Source: Anaeramoeba ignava BMAN (taxonomy: Eukaryota > Protista > Anaeramoebae). From it: DNA of 64,000 nucleotides. Shown one piece after another: positions 51,519-64,000 of the stretch (position 1 is the first letter of the stretch; every line of letters starts with the position of its first letter). The notes under the pieces are model-generated. The model saw nothing but the letters and a program-made list of their open reading frames with translations. It searched no databases and was not told the origin of the DNA. Location of the stretch: positions 992,001-1,056,000 of the forward strand of contig JAPDFW010000059.1 in assembly GCA_028826165.1 (NCBI GenBank), given 5' to 3'. The translations under genes and the position numbers were made by a program.

Positions 51519-53282
51519 ATGAATGAAATTTTATTTTTTAATTTAAATGAAAATCCAAAACTTATCAAAAATAAATCATATGAAATAACAAAACCAATTC
51601 AATTTAAATTTGAAAATGAAAATGAAAATGAAAATGAAAAACAAATTAAACAAATTTTAGCAAATAAATTTTCAATAATTTTCCTTTTTGAAAATGGAAA
51701 AGCAATAGAATATTTAAGATATTCAAAACAAAACCCTAAAAAAATCCAAATTGAAAATATTCAAAAAGTAACTGTTGGTCTTCAAAATGAAGCTATTTTA
51801 ACAAAAGAAGGAAATGTATTTGCCAAAGGGGAATATATTAATCCAAAAAATCCAAAAGAATTTATCAATATTTCATCATTAATTGAAGATAAAAATGATA
51901 GAATAATTCAAGATATTGTTTCTGGAAGAAATTCAATTTACTTATTAACTTCAAATCAAAATGTTTATGGAATTGGTTTAAATCAATTTGGTCAACTTGG
52001 TTTTGATTCTGAAAAACTTCATAAAACAGAAAAACCAATTTTAATGATGAAAAATGTTTCTAAAATATTTTCAGGAATTTCTTCAAATTCTGTTTTTCTT
52101 TTAAATTCAAATCAAGAATTATTTGGATCTGGATATAATTTTTACGGCCAACTTGGATTAGGAAAACTAAGAAAAGCAACAATACAAAATCTAAAAATTA
52201 ACCAAAATATTCCAAAAGGCAAAATAATTGATATTAAATGTGGAAGTTTATATTCAATAATGTTGATTGAAAATGAAGAAGAAAATGAAAATCCAAAAAG
52301 AAAACTTTATTCATGTGGAAATCATCGTTATAATGGACTTGGTAAAAATGAACATACTTATGAATTTACTGAAATTAAATCATCTTTATTTGAAAATGAA
52401 AATGATATTCTTGAATTTTCTGTTGGATTTGAGCATACTTTGATTTTAACTTCCAATGAAAAGATGATCGTATTTGGATATAATGCTTATGGTCAATTAG
52501 CAACTGTAGATACAAATAATCAATTAATTCCAATTCAAATTGAACTTCCTAAATTAAGATTTAATGAAAATATTTCTAATTATCATATTTCTTGTGGAGA
52601 ATTCAACTCATTTCTTTATTATTCTCCTTTTTCTTTTTCCAATCTTGAAGAAGATTTGATAAAACTATTTGAAAGAAAAGAATTTTGTGATATTTCATTT
52701 AAAACAGAAAATGGAGAAATAATTGAAGCTCATAAATTAATATTGAAATATAGATTAAATCAAAATCAAATTGAAATTGAAAAACTTCAAGAAATTATTT
52801 CAAATAAATCAATTAAAGAATCAAATCAAATATTTGAAATGATTTATTCAAACAGAATTATAAATCCAAAATTATATTATGAAATTAAAGAAATTATAAA
52901 TTCAAATGAAAAAATTGAAGAAACAATTAAAAGAATTTATTTAAATGAAAATGAAAATGAAAAAGATTTTATTATTGAAAGAAAAGAAAAACAATATAAA
53001 TTTCCCAAATTAATATTAATAATGAGAAGTGAATTATATAGAGGAATGTTTTTATCTGTAACAGAAGATAAATCTAATAAAGTTACAGATTATAGTGAAT
53101 TAAGTAATAAATCATTTCAAATATTTGAATATTGGATTTATTCAAATCAAATTAAAGATGATATTGAAATTACACAAGAAATAATTGACGAAATTCAAAT
53201 TGGGATTGATTATTTTCAATTAAATCAAACATATCCAAATTTATTTGATTTATTAATTAACAAATTTAATAATCAAAATTAA
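51519..53282 (+). CDS. RCC1-repeat / BTB-domain protein, copy 2 (tandem paralog)
   Basis: Same architecture as 49289-51070 with a near-identical C-terminal third. Confidence 0.88.
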   Translation: MNEILFFNLNENPKLIKNKSYEITKPIQFKFENENENENEKQIKQILANKFSIIFLFENGKAIEYLRYSKQNPKKIQIENIQKVTVGLQNEAILTKEGNVFAKGEYINPKNPKEFINISSLIEDKNDRIIQDIVSGRNSIYLLTSNQNVYGIGLNQFGQLGFDSEKLHKTEKPILMMKNVSKIFSGISSNSVFLLNSNQELFGSGYNFYGQLGLGKLRKATIQNLKINQNIPKGKIIDIKCGSLYSIMLIENEEENENPKRKLYSCGNHRYNGLGKNEHTYEFTEIKSSLFENENDILEFSVGFEHTLILTSNEKMIVFGYNAYGQLATVDTNNQLIPIQIELPKLRFNENISNYHISCGEFNSFLYYSPFSFSNLEEDLIKLFERKEFCDISFKTENGEIIEAHKLILKYRLNQNQIEIEKLQEIISNKSIKESNQIFEMIYSNRIINPKLYYEIKEIINSNEKIEETIKRIYLNENENEKDFIIERKEKQYKFPKLILIMRSELYRGMFLSVTEDKSNKVTDYSELSNKSFQIFEYWIYSNQIKDDIEITQEIIDEIQIGIDYFQLNQTYPNLFDLLINKFNNQN

Positions 53283-53573
53283 AATTAAAATTAAAATTAA
53301 AATTAAAATTAAAATTAAAATCAAATTTAATAATCAAAATTAAAATCAAAATTAAAATCAAAATTAAATTTAAAATTAAAATCAAAATTAAAATCAAAAT
53401 TAAAATTAAAATTAAAATTAAATTTAAAATCAAATTTAATAATCAAAATTAAAATTAAAATTAAAATTAAAATTAAAATTAAAATCAAAAAATTAAAAAG
53501 ATCTAAATAGAAAAAAAAATATTTTTATTTTTATTTTTTTTGATTCATTTTTTTTTTCAAATTAATAAAAGAA

Positions 53574-55891
53574 ATGAATAAGCTTTTTTTCTTAATTTTT
53601 TTGATAATTCTTTTATAGGAACAAGAAGAGATTTACAAGTATATTCCGAAGTCCTACCAGAATATCAGGAGTTGATTTTTTTAGAACAAAACACATCTAT
53701 GAGTTTTGGAAATAGCATTTCAATTTCAAAAAATGTAGTTGTAATTGGGGATGAATCAACGAACTTAGTATATATTTATCGAATAAACAAATCAAATGCA
53801 ACTTTGGAGCAAATTCTCAGCGAACCAGAAACAACAACATTTGGACATAGTGTTGGAGTTTCAAATGATATTATTGTTGTTAGTGATTATTATGATTTGC
53901 GGATATACATTTATCAATATAACGGATCAACTTGGAATTTTCAGAAAAGTATGTCAGATAGTTCTGGTGTTTTTGGATTTTGTGTTGCTATTTCAAATGG
54001 TGTTATTGTTGTTGGTGATTATAGTGATCAAACTGTATTTGTTTTTCGGAAAATTGGATCATTTTGGAATTTTGACAACTATTTCCATGAAGATTTAAAT
54101 GGTTTTGGTTATTCCGTTTCAATTTCAAATGATGTTATTGTTATTGGTGCTTATCCTGCTGAAGAAGTTTATATTTATCGATACAATGGTTCAAATTGGA
54201 ATTTCGAACAAAAGTTCTTTAATTCTTCAATCGATTTTGCTTTCAGTGTTTCTGTTTTTGAGAATGAGTTGGCTGTCGGTGCAATTTCTGTGGATTCTGT
54301 TTTTGTTTATAAATATGATGGAGAGAGTTGGTATCTTGAAGAGATTATCCAAAGCCATTTTGGTTCTAATAAAAAGGAAATGAGAAGATCCAATTTGATT
54401 TCAAATCAAAATCAAAATTCAAATCAAAATTCAAATCAAAATTCAAATCAAAATCAAAATCAAAATCAAAATCAAAATCAAAATCAAAATCAAAATCAAA
54501 ATCAAAATCAAAATCAAAATCAAAATCAAAATCAAAATCAAAATCATTTAGAAAATTCAAATCAAAGTCAATTAGAAAACCAATTAGAAAATCAATTAGA
54601 AAACCAATTAGAAAATCAATTAGAAAATCAATTAGAAAATAATTTAGAAAACCAAATTTCAATAGACCCATTAACTTTTCAACAATTTGGATACACAGTT
54701 TCCATTTCAGGAGATATGATTGCTATTGCAAATATAGATACTGAAGAAATACAATTTTATCAATTTGCAAGTATTGGTTGGGTCGAACTTTATACTGATG
54801 GAATATTTTGCCTTACTGATTGCCCAGTAACAGTTGCATTATCTGGAGATATTGCTGCAATGGCAATCGCAGATGTCAGCCAAGCAAAAATATATGGATA
54901 TTCACCACCCGAAGTTAACGTGACAAATTGCACAGCACTTTTCTCATCATTTGAATGCTATTGGGAAGAAGCTGAATATCTTTTTTCAATGAAATATTAC
55001 ATTGACTATGGACTTGGCTGGCAAGAAATCTTATGGCCGATTCATATTGAACCCAACGTATCTTATCAGCAATTCAATAATTCGTTTTATCCTAATATTT
55101 CAGGAAATGTCAACTACTCAATCAATTTCAGAGCGTGTGATACTAACTCGACATTATGCGGAATCATATCATCTCCAGCAGAAGTTTTCACAAGAATCCC
55201 TATTGTGGAAGACTTTAATTTCGCGGCAACAAATCAATCAATCAATGTGACTTGGAATCCACCAAATGTTCCTCTTGTTGGAGAAATTCCTGAACTCGAT
55301 CACTATGTCGTTACATATTATCAAGGAGATGCATTAGGACTCACAAATTACACACTCGATAATACAACAACTTCCTTTGTGATGGATTCCCTGGATTGTG
55401 GAACAACATACTTTTTTTCAATATGGGCTTGTCGAGACAGTTTGTGTCAAGGAGAAGATCAAGGCGAAATTTTTAATGTCACTCTTTCAACTGTTTTTAA
55501 AGAGGTTTATTCACTTCAATGTTCACTTCTTTATGTTTACGTCATTTCATGTACTTGGTTTAATCCTATTGATTGCACAAACAATCCAGCATATTATGTC
55601 TTTGATTACCAAGCAACATCTGGAAATGATTCAGGTACTATTCAGGTTACTTCCACTTCAGCTACTTTCGTTGCTCAATTTAAAAGCCAAGATTATGATA
55701 TTCAAGTTACTGCTTGTAGTGCAAGTTCTAATTGTGGTCTAAAAACTTATTCATCGGCTACAACTGCTACTGAAGCTGATTCAAATAATATCTCTCAGGT
55801 TTCTATTGGGTTTTCAGCTGCTTTTATTATTTTTGGGTTTATTTTTTTGACAGTCGCATTTTGCATTTTAAATAAGAATGCTCATTTCTAA
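53574..55891 (+). CDS. Type I membrane protein: signal peptide, 7 FG-GAP-like blades, ~3 FN3 domains, TM helix
   Basis: FGxSVxISxxxxVVG repeats; FN3-like VTWNPP...DHYVVTY...LDCGTTYFFSIWAC; C-terminal TM. ATG 53574 gives signal peptide MNKLFFLIFLIILFIG if one T is added at 53611-53614. Confidence 0.8.
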
Positions 55892-56144
55892 TTGATTTTC
55901 ATTTTCTTTTTCTAATTTTCTCTTTCTAATTTTCTTTTTCTTTTCAATTAAAACAATTCATATTTTCTTCTTAATTGTTTTTATTCTCAATTTCTTAATT
56001 TTCTTTTCAATTAAAAAACAAACAAAAAAAAAGATGATTTAGTTTTTTGATTAAATGAGTCATTTTATTTTTTTATTTTTTATTTTTTTATTTTTATTTT
56101 TTCATTTTTTTTTTTAATTTTTTTTTTAATTATAATAATCAAAA

Positions 56145-58288
56145 ATGGTATCTTCTGGTGTAATTGCAGCAGCGGTTATTGTACCCATTCTTGTTATTTT
56201 CATCATTTATTTGCTTAAAGTTTGAAATTTTTGTTAAAGAAAAAAGAAAAAATTTTGATTAATTCAATTCAAAAACAAATTTTTTTGCTTTTTTTTTTTA
56301 AAAAATTAAAAAAAAAATATTTTTCAATAATAAAAGAAATCAGTTACTGTAGTTCATGAAAGAGAAGAAGTTATTATTGAAAGACTTGGAAAATATAAAA
56401 GTACTTTAGTAGCAGGAGTTCATTGGATTCTTCCTTTTGTTGATCGTAGGAAAATTTTCCATACAGAGTATTTAGTTACAAATCCTGTAACTGGTAATAG
56501 TGAACTTGTTATTAAAACTCATAGCAAAATTAGTACTCAAAGTGAAGTTATTGATTTTCCAAGTACTCGAGTTATTACAAGAGATAATGCAAGTCAGTTT
56601 TAAAAATTCATTTCATTTTAAAATTGATATTAAAATTCATTTTAAAATTTTAATTAAAATTCATATTAAAATTGATATTAAAATTAAAATTCATTTTGAA
56701 ATTAAAATTCATTTTGAAATTGATATTAAAATTAAAATTCAAATTAAAATTTAATTAAAATTCAAATTGATATTAAAATTCATATTAAAATTAAAATTCA
56801 AATTGATATTAAAATTCATATTAAAATTAAAATTCAAATTGATATTAAAATTCATTTTAAAATTAAAATTGATATTAAAATTCATTTTGAAAATTATTAA
56901 AATTCATTTTGAAATTAAAATTAAAATTAAAATTAAAATTGATATTAAAATTAAAATTAAAATTAATATTGAAATTAAAATTCATTTTAAAATTAAAATT
57001 GATATTAATATTAAAATTAAAATTAAAATTCATTTTAAAATTGAAATTAAAATTCATTTTGAAATTAAAATTCATTTTGAAATTAAAATTCATTTTGAAA
57101 TTCTAATTAAAATTAAAATTCAAATTGATATTAAAATTAAAATTGATATTAAAATTCATTTCAAAATTAAAATTAATATTGAAATTAAAATTAATATTGA
57201 AATTAAAATTTTAATTAAAATTGATATTAAAATTAAAATTAATATTAATATTAAAATTAAAATTCATTTATAAAATTCATTTTAAAATTAAAATTCATTT
57301 TGAAATTAAAATTCAAATTAAAATTAAAATTCAAATTAAAATTAAAATTCATTTCAAAATTAAAATTCATTTTGAAATTAAAATTCATTTTGAAATTAAA
57401 ATTGATATTAAAATTAATATTAAAATTAAAATTCATTTTGAAATTAAAATTAAAATTCATTTTAAAATTAAAATTAAAATTCATTTATAAAATTCATTTA
57501 TAAAATTCATTTTAAAATTAAAATTAAAATTAAAATTCATTTTAAAATTAAAATTCATTTTGAAATTAAAATTAAAATTAAAATTCATTTTAAATTTCTT
57601 TAAAGATGTCATGTTGGATTGCGTTCTTTCATACAAAATTACAAACACAAAAATGATGATCTATTCAGTACACAATCTTCCATTACTTTTAAGCAAAATG
57701 CTTCAAGCATTTTTACGAAACATGGCAGCAACATTATCAATTGATCAAATCATTGAAGACAGCGCATCATTGAATGCAGTTTCCGGATTTCTAGATGACG
57801 AAGTAGTAAGATGGGGAGTTCACATTGATTTTGTAAAGATGCAAAAGGTAGATGCACCTCGACTTTCAGATGTTTTAGGGAAACAAAAAGACGCACAATT
57901 AAGTAACACTAAGATTATTATTGATGCAAGAGCTCAAAAACAAACAGCCGTTATTGAATCAGAAGGTAAAAGAGATTCTGACATTCGAGCTCAACAAGGA
58001 AAAACTCAAGAAATTATTGCACGCTCAAGAGGTACTGCTGCTGGAATTGTCAATCAAGCAAATGCTGAGGCAAGAACCATAAAGGAAATCTCACGAGTTG
58101 TTCTTAAAGAAGGTGCAGACCCAATTAAGTATCTTCTTTGTCTTAAGTATATCGAAGCTATGATGACTATTATTGGTTCAGGTACAACAGAAATTTATTA
58201 TTATCCTCCTCCAATTTCTACTCTTCAGACAATGAAAAATATGGGATTTGCTACTGTTTATCCTCCTAATTTCCCTCTTAAGAAATAA
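56145..58288 (+). CDS. SPFH/band-7 (stomatin-like) membrane protein, 3 exons
   Basis: Exons 56145-56219, 56337-56592, 57606-58288. N-terminal TM, VIIERLGKY...LVAGVHWILPF, ITRDNA, WGVHI, AVIESEG coiled coil. Confidence 0.88.
56600..57595. repeat. AAAATT/CATTTT/GATATT mixed hexamer array filling SPFH intron 2
   Basis: Direct reading. Confidence 0.9.
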
Positions 58289-58444
58289 TTCCGTTTTTTT
58301 TTTGCTTTTTTGCTTTTTTCACTCTTATTATTTCGTTTTTTTTTTTCTATTTGATTCTATTTTTCTTTTTTTTTTTTTTTCTCTATTCTTTTTCTTTGTT
58401 TTCAGAGTGGAAATGATTATTCACTAAATTCAAAGAAATTTTTC

Positions 58445-58665
58445 AAAACAAAATAAAAACAAAAAACAAAAACAAAAACAAAAACAAAAACAAAAATAAA
58501 AACAAAAACAAAAACAAAAACAAATTTCAAAGTCAAAATAAAAATAAAAACAAAAACAAATTTAAAAACAAAGTCAAAAACAAAAATAAAAATAAAAATA
58601 AAAACAAATTTCAAAGTCAAAACAAAAACAAAAACAAAAACAAAAACAAAAACAAAAACAAAAAA
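58445..58665. repeat. (AAAAAC)n array
   Basis: Direct reading. Confidence 0.85.
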
Positions 58666-58704
58666 AAAATTTTTTTTATTCCACTTTTTTTTTTTTAAAA
58701 TAAA

Positions 58705-59880
58705 ATGATTACAATTAGAAGAAAATTATCAAATTTTGGTTTTAATGAACCTTTAAGTAGAGACTCTTTAGATTTAGTTATTCATTTATTTAATTCTTTT
58801 CAACAAGAAAAAAAAGAAAAAGAAAAATTTATTAAATTATTTCAAAATGAAAATTATCGAGAAGAGATTAATCAATTAATTTCTCAAATTAACCAATTAG
58901 AAAACAAAATTCTTATTTTCCAAAAAGAAAATCAATCAAAATCAAATTCAAATTCAAATTCAAATTCAAATCAAAAAATTAAAAAAATTTTAAAAGAAAA
59001 TGAAGAATTAAAACAAAATCAAAAAAAAATGTATCTTGAAATCAAAAATCTTAAAAAGAAAAATAAAAATTTAAAAGAAATCTTTCAAAAACAATCAAAA
59101 GAATTTATTTCTCTTCAAAAAATTCAAAATCAAACAAATTTAAAATTGGATTATTTACAAAAAAATGAAAAATCTTTGAAAAAAGAGAATTTGGAAAAAA
59201 CAAAAAAATATGGAAAATGGAAAAATAAATTTCATCAAGTTCTAAAAGAATTGGAATCTTTTCAAAAAGATCTTTTAAATGAAGAAGAGAAGAGAATTAT
59301 TATGAAATTAAAAACTCCAATTCAAAATCCAAATCAAAATCCAAATCCAAATCAAAATCTAAATCAAAATCAAAATCAAAATCAATTTCAAAATCAATTT
59401 CAAAAATCAATTTCAAAATCAATTTCAAAATCAAAATCAAAATCTAAATCAAAATCAAAATTAAAAATCAATTTAAAAATCAAAATCAAAATCAAAATAA
59501 ATTTAAAAATCAATTTCAAAATCAATTTAAAAATCAAAATCAAAATCAAAATCAAAATCAAAATCAAAATCAAAATCAAAATCAAAATCAAAATCCAAAT
59601 CAAAATCAAAATCAAATTAAAAATCAAAATCAAAATCAATTTAAAAATCAAAATCAAAATCAAAAAAAATTTCAAAAAAATCTTCCAAATCAAAAAATCT
59701 TAAAAATCAAAATCAAAATCAAAAATTTAAAAATCTTCATCAAGATCTTTCAGGTAAAATTAATTTTGTAAATTTTGTAAATTTTGTAAATCTTTTAAAT
59801 TAATTGTTTTTCTTGAATTTATTTTAGAAATTCAAAGAAGATTTGAACAAATGAGTCAAAAAAAAATTGATGAAAAATAA
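58705..59880 (+). CDS. Coiled-coil protein with CEP135/Bld10-like N-terminus; 3' end uncertain (indels in NQ repeat, likely intron 59754-59827)
   Basis: N-terminus IRRKLSNFGFNEPLSRDSLDLVIHLF followed by long heptads, then an NQ repeat with frame slips near 59402-59406 and 59457-59460. Confidence 0.55.
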
Positions 59881-59941
59881 TCAATTAGTTTTCCTTTTTT
59901 TTCTTTTGAATGAAATCAACAAATTTATAAAATGAAATAAA

Positions 59942-60876
59942 TTAAAACAAATTAGAAATATTATCAAATGTAATTGTTGCAAAAGAAAGAAAAGGAAACA
60001 TTTTCTTGTCTTGTTTTTTCCTTTTCAAGGAATTATCATAAAACCAATTAGGAAAACAATCTCCTTTAATCATTTCACAAAAATCAACAAGATTCTTATA
60101 CTCACGAATTAGTGTCGGTATTTGTGGATTTGGGACAACAGAAAACAAAATAGGGGCAAGTGATCCAAAAACAACACAATCAAACAAAGTGGGAGAATTT
60201 CCACAGAAATATTTTTGATTTCCAAGTTTTTTGGAAAGAAGCAAAAAAAAGGAATCAAGGGATTTGATAAAAGTTTGCTCTGAACTTTTTGCAAAAATTG
60301 TGTTTTGGAATTCTTGAACAACATTTCTTCTCATTGAGAAGGGATATATTATTTGGATATAAACATCATTAGAAGCATAAAATTCTGGTAAAAGAAATCC
60401 ACAAAAATTTTCCAAACGAAACCAAAAATGGTATTTAAACATTCGTTTTGTATGATGAAGAATCATTGGAATTAAAATTTCCGTTATTTCTGGATTTTCA
60501 TTATTAAATAATTTGTTGTATTGATCCAAATTTTCTGTTTTTTCATAGAAAAACTTCATGATTGATTCTAATCCGCAAATTGGAGTATCATTTGGTAAAC
60601 AAAGAACCGGAAATTCATTAGTTGGTGATATTCTTGATTGAGAAACATCGAAGCACTTAGTTTTGATTTTTAAATGTGATTCTACTGGATAGAATTTCAG
60701 AAAAGTCGATAGTATCAAGCATTCAAAGGATAATCCTGTTGGAATATGAAGTGATGGAGCAGATTTGCAGAGAATTAATTTATTGGAGATTTTTTTCGAT
60801 TTTTTGATTTTTGCTTCAAAATTCAAATTTCTATTTAAATTTTCAAAAGTAAGTCAAATTTCTTTTGATTTAACAT
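59942..60876 (-). CDS. Metaxin/FAX-like GST-fold protein
   Basis: SPTNEFPVL and LSKKLGNQKYFCGNSPTLFDCVVFGSLAPIL, with YKNLVDFCEMI near the end. ATG 60876 joins the ORF if one base is added to the run at 60845-60848. Confidence 0.72.
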
Positions 60877-61047
60877 TTATAATTTATAAATTTTTCGTTA
60901 CTTTTGATTAATTTCTTTTTCTTTGTCTTTTTCTTTGTCTTTTTCCTTAATTTTTTCAATTTGAATTTTATTTGAATTGTTCATAAAAAAAATTATGAAA
61001 AAAAAAATGAAAAATGAAAAAAGAAAAATTCATTTTTTTTTTCAAAA

Positions 61048-62985
61048 ATGGGAATTGCTGATAAAATCAAGTAAAAATTATTTTTATACAAAAATCAAAA
61101 ATCAAAAATCAAAAATCAAACAAAATCTTAAATGATTAATTATTTATTATCAAAGAGAAATTGAAGATGAAATTGCAAGAACCCAAAAGAACAAAGCAAC
61201 TGAAAGACACATTGGTTTATTAAAAGCACGACTTGCCAAGTATAGAATGATGCTTCTTGAAAAGACAAAGTCATCTGGCGGAAAAAGTGAAGGTTTTGAT
61301 GTTGCAAAATATGGAGATGCTCGTGTTGCTTTGGTTGGATTTCCTTCAGTTGGAAAATCTTCTTTTCTTTCTCAAGTTACAAAAACTCAGTCAGCTATTG
61401 CTGAATATGCTTTTACTACTTTGACTGCTATTCCTGGAATTATAAAGCATGAAGGTGCAACTATTCAATTATTAGATTTACCTGGGATTATTGAAGTAAT
61501 TATTTTGAAAATTAAAATATAAATCGAAAATAAAAATTAAAATATAAATCGAAAATAAAAATTAAAATATAAATCGAAAATAAAAATTAAATATAAATCG
61601 AAAATAATTCAAATATAAATCGAAAATAAAAATTAAAATATAAATCGACAATAAAAATTAAAATATAAATCGAAAATAAAAAGGGTGCAGCAACAGGAAA
61701 AGGAAGAGGAAGACAAGTTGTTGCTGCTGCAAGAACAGCTGATTTAATTTTAATGGTTTTAGATGCTTCAAATGCAGAAGTTGAAAGAAGATTACTTGAA
61801 ATTGAATTAGAAGAAATTGGAATTAGATTAAATCAACAAAAACCAAATGTTACTTATCAACAAAAAAGAACAGGAGGAATTAAATTTACAACATCTTGTC
61901 AATTAACACATCTTGATGATAAAATGGCTACACAAATTCTTCATGAATACCGTAGTTATAATTATTTAATATTTATAAATATAAATATAAATATAAATAT
62001 ATAAATAAATAAATATAAATATAAATATAAATATAAATATAAATATAAATATAAATATAAATATAAATATAAATATAAATATAAATATAAATATAAATAT
62101 AAATATAAATATAAATATAAAATATAAATAATACCCAAAAAATATAAAATATAAATATAAAAAAATATAAAATATAAATATAAATATAAATATAAAAATA
62201 TAAATATAAATATAAATATAAATATAAATATAAATATAAATATAAATTTAAATATAAATATAAATATAAATATAAATATAAATATAAATATAAATATAAA
62301 TATAAATATAAATATAAATATAAATATAAATATAAATATAAATATAAATATAAATCCTAAATATAAAAATACAAATATAAAATATAAATATAAAATCTCA
62401 ATGTGCACCGTAAAAATATAAATATAAATATAAATATAAAATATAAATATAAATATAAATATAAATCAAAATATAAATATAAATATAAATATAATAAATA
62501 AATATAAAAAAGGTGTTCATAATGCAGAAATATTAGTGAGAGAAGATATCACAGTTGATCAATTTGTTGATGTTATTGTAGGAAATGCAAAATATATGAA
62601 ATGCATGTATCTCTACAACAAAATAGACACAATAACAATGGAAGAAATAGATAGACTAGGAAGATCTGATCCAAATGGACTTGTATGTTCTTGCAAATTT
62701 CAACTTAATTTAGATCGCGCAGTTGAAAAAATTTGGAGAACACTTGATTTTATGAGAATTTATACAAAGAAAAAAGGATCACCTCCAGATTTTGTTGATC
62801 CTTTTGTTCTTCCTCGTGGAGGTGTTGTTGGTGACTTCTGTAAAGCTATTCATAAAGAACTTTTTAATAGAATGAGACATGCTGTTGTTTGGGGAAGAAG
62901 TGTTAAGCATTCTCCTCAAAAAGTAGGAAAAAATCACCCTCTTGCTGATGAAGATGTTGTTCAAATAGTTACCAAAAATATTTAG
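61048..62985 (+). CDS. DRG2: Developmentally regulated GTP-binding protein (DRG2/Rbg2 type), 4 exons
   Basis: Exons 61048-61070, 61156-61495, 61684-61951, 62513-62985. [36 protein letters not shown]-terminal TGS domain. Confidence 0.93.
61507..61680. repeat. ~25-nt minisatellite (AAAATTAAAATATAAATCGAAAATA), ~7 copies, in DRG intron 2
   Basis: Direct reading; no spacers. Confidence 0.9.
61975..62505. repeat. (AAATAT)n array filling DRG intron 3
   Basis: Direct reading. Confidence 0.95.
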
Positions 62986-63069
62986 ATTTTCTTCCCTTTT
63001 TCATTCAAAAAGATCTTTAGATTTAAATTTTATTTTTTTCTTTTAAATTCATTCATTTTTTTTTTCGAG

Positions 63070-64000
63070 AATTAAATTAAATTGAATTGGATTGAAAATT
63101 AATTTAATCAAATTGAATTAAAATGAATTGAATATTGAATTAAATTTAAATTGAATTAAATTGAATTAAATTGAATTGAATTAATTTGAATTAAATTGAA
63201 TTAAATTGAATTAAATTGAAATGAATATTGAATTAAATTGAATTGAATATTGAATTGAATATTGAATTAAATTAAATTGAATTAAATTAAAAAATTGAAA
63301 TATAAATATTAATTGAATTGAATTGAATTAAATTGAATTGAATATTGAATTAAATTGAATTAAATTGAATAGGAAAAAAACAATGGAAGAAAATTGAATT
63401 TGAATTCAAAAGATTTTGAATTAAATTGAATTAAATTAAATTGAATTGAATTGAATTGAATTAAATTGAATTAAATTGAAAATTAATTTGAATTAAATTG
63501 AATTGAATTAAATTGAATTAAATTGAATTGGAATAGTGAAAAAAAATTTTCAAATTATAAATTGAATTCAAATTGAAAAAAAATTGAATTGAATTGAATT
63601 GAATTTTAAATAGAAAATTGAATTAAAAATTTTTAAAATTAAATTGAATTTAAAATTGAAATTGAATTTAAATTGAAATTGAATATTTAAATGGAAAAAT
63701 TGAATTTTTGAATTATTTTTGACTTTTGAAAAATTGAAAAAAATTGAAAAAATTGAAAAAAAATATAAAAATCAAAAATTGAATTAAATTGAATTGAATT
63801 GAATTAAATTTGATTAAAATTTGAATTAAATTTTATTTATTTGAATTAAAATTAAATTTAAATTTAAATTCGAATTAAACAATTTTGAATTAAGAATTGA
63901 ATTGAAAAATTAAATTGGAAAATTAATTTTTTGAATTAAAAATTGAATATTAATTGAAATTGAATATTTTAAAATCGAATTTTGTTTCTGAATATTGAAT
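63070..64000. repeat. Degenerate (AATTG/AATTA)n tract running to the window end
   Basis: Direct reading; irregular, possibly low-quality consensus. Confidence 0.8.

Noticed and set aside
61507-61680. CRISPR-like 25-nt repeat
   Set aside because: Head-to-tail units with no spacers, inside a spliceosomal intron, with no cas genes.

Overview
Extremely AT-rich, intron-containing eukaryotic genomic DNA in the standard code (genes end in TAA, TAG and TGA). The gene content and NE/NQ low-complexity style suggest an anaerobic amoeboid protist such as Anaeramoeba, but this is inference only. I reconstructed 17 host genes by hand, in order: a tandem PH-like protein, G-alpha, NAD kinase, an AZUL-HECT (UBE3A-like) ligase, two tandem Dispatched-like RND/SSD transporters, a small coiled-coil protein, an ML/NPC2-like protein, GDP-mannose pyrophosphorylase, VAMP7, a divergent actin and a conventional actin, two RCC1-BTB proteins, an FG-GAP/FN3 surface protein, an SPFH protein and DRG2. 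There are also tentative CEP135-like and metaxin-like genes. Most long introns and intergenic gaps are filled by their own A/T microsatellite. Four DNA transposon-type elements are present: a Kolobok-type element with a spliced transposase (TTAA TSD), a MULE (8-bp TSD), a non-autonomous element with perfect 28-bp TIRs (ATT TSD), and a foldback MITE in a G-alpha intron. Three of the four sit inside microsatellite arrays. The two transposase-encoding elements occupy mirror-image ~4.4-kb introns of the divergent NADK/HECT gene pair, each antisense to its host and ~100 bp from the 3' splice site. Several single-base homopolymer frameshifts are most likely assembly errors.
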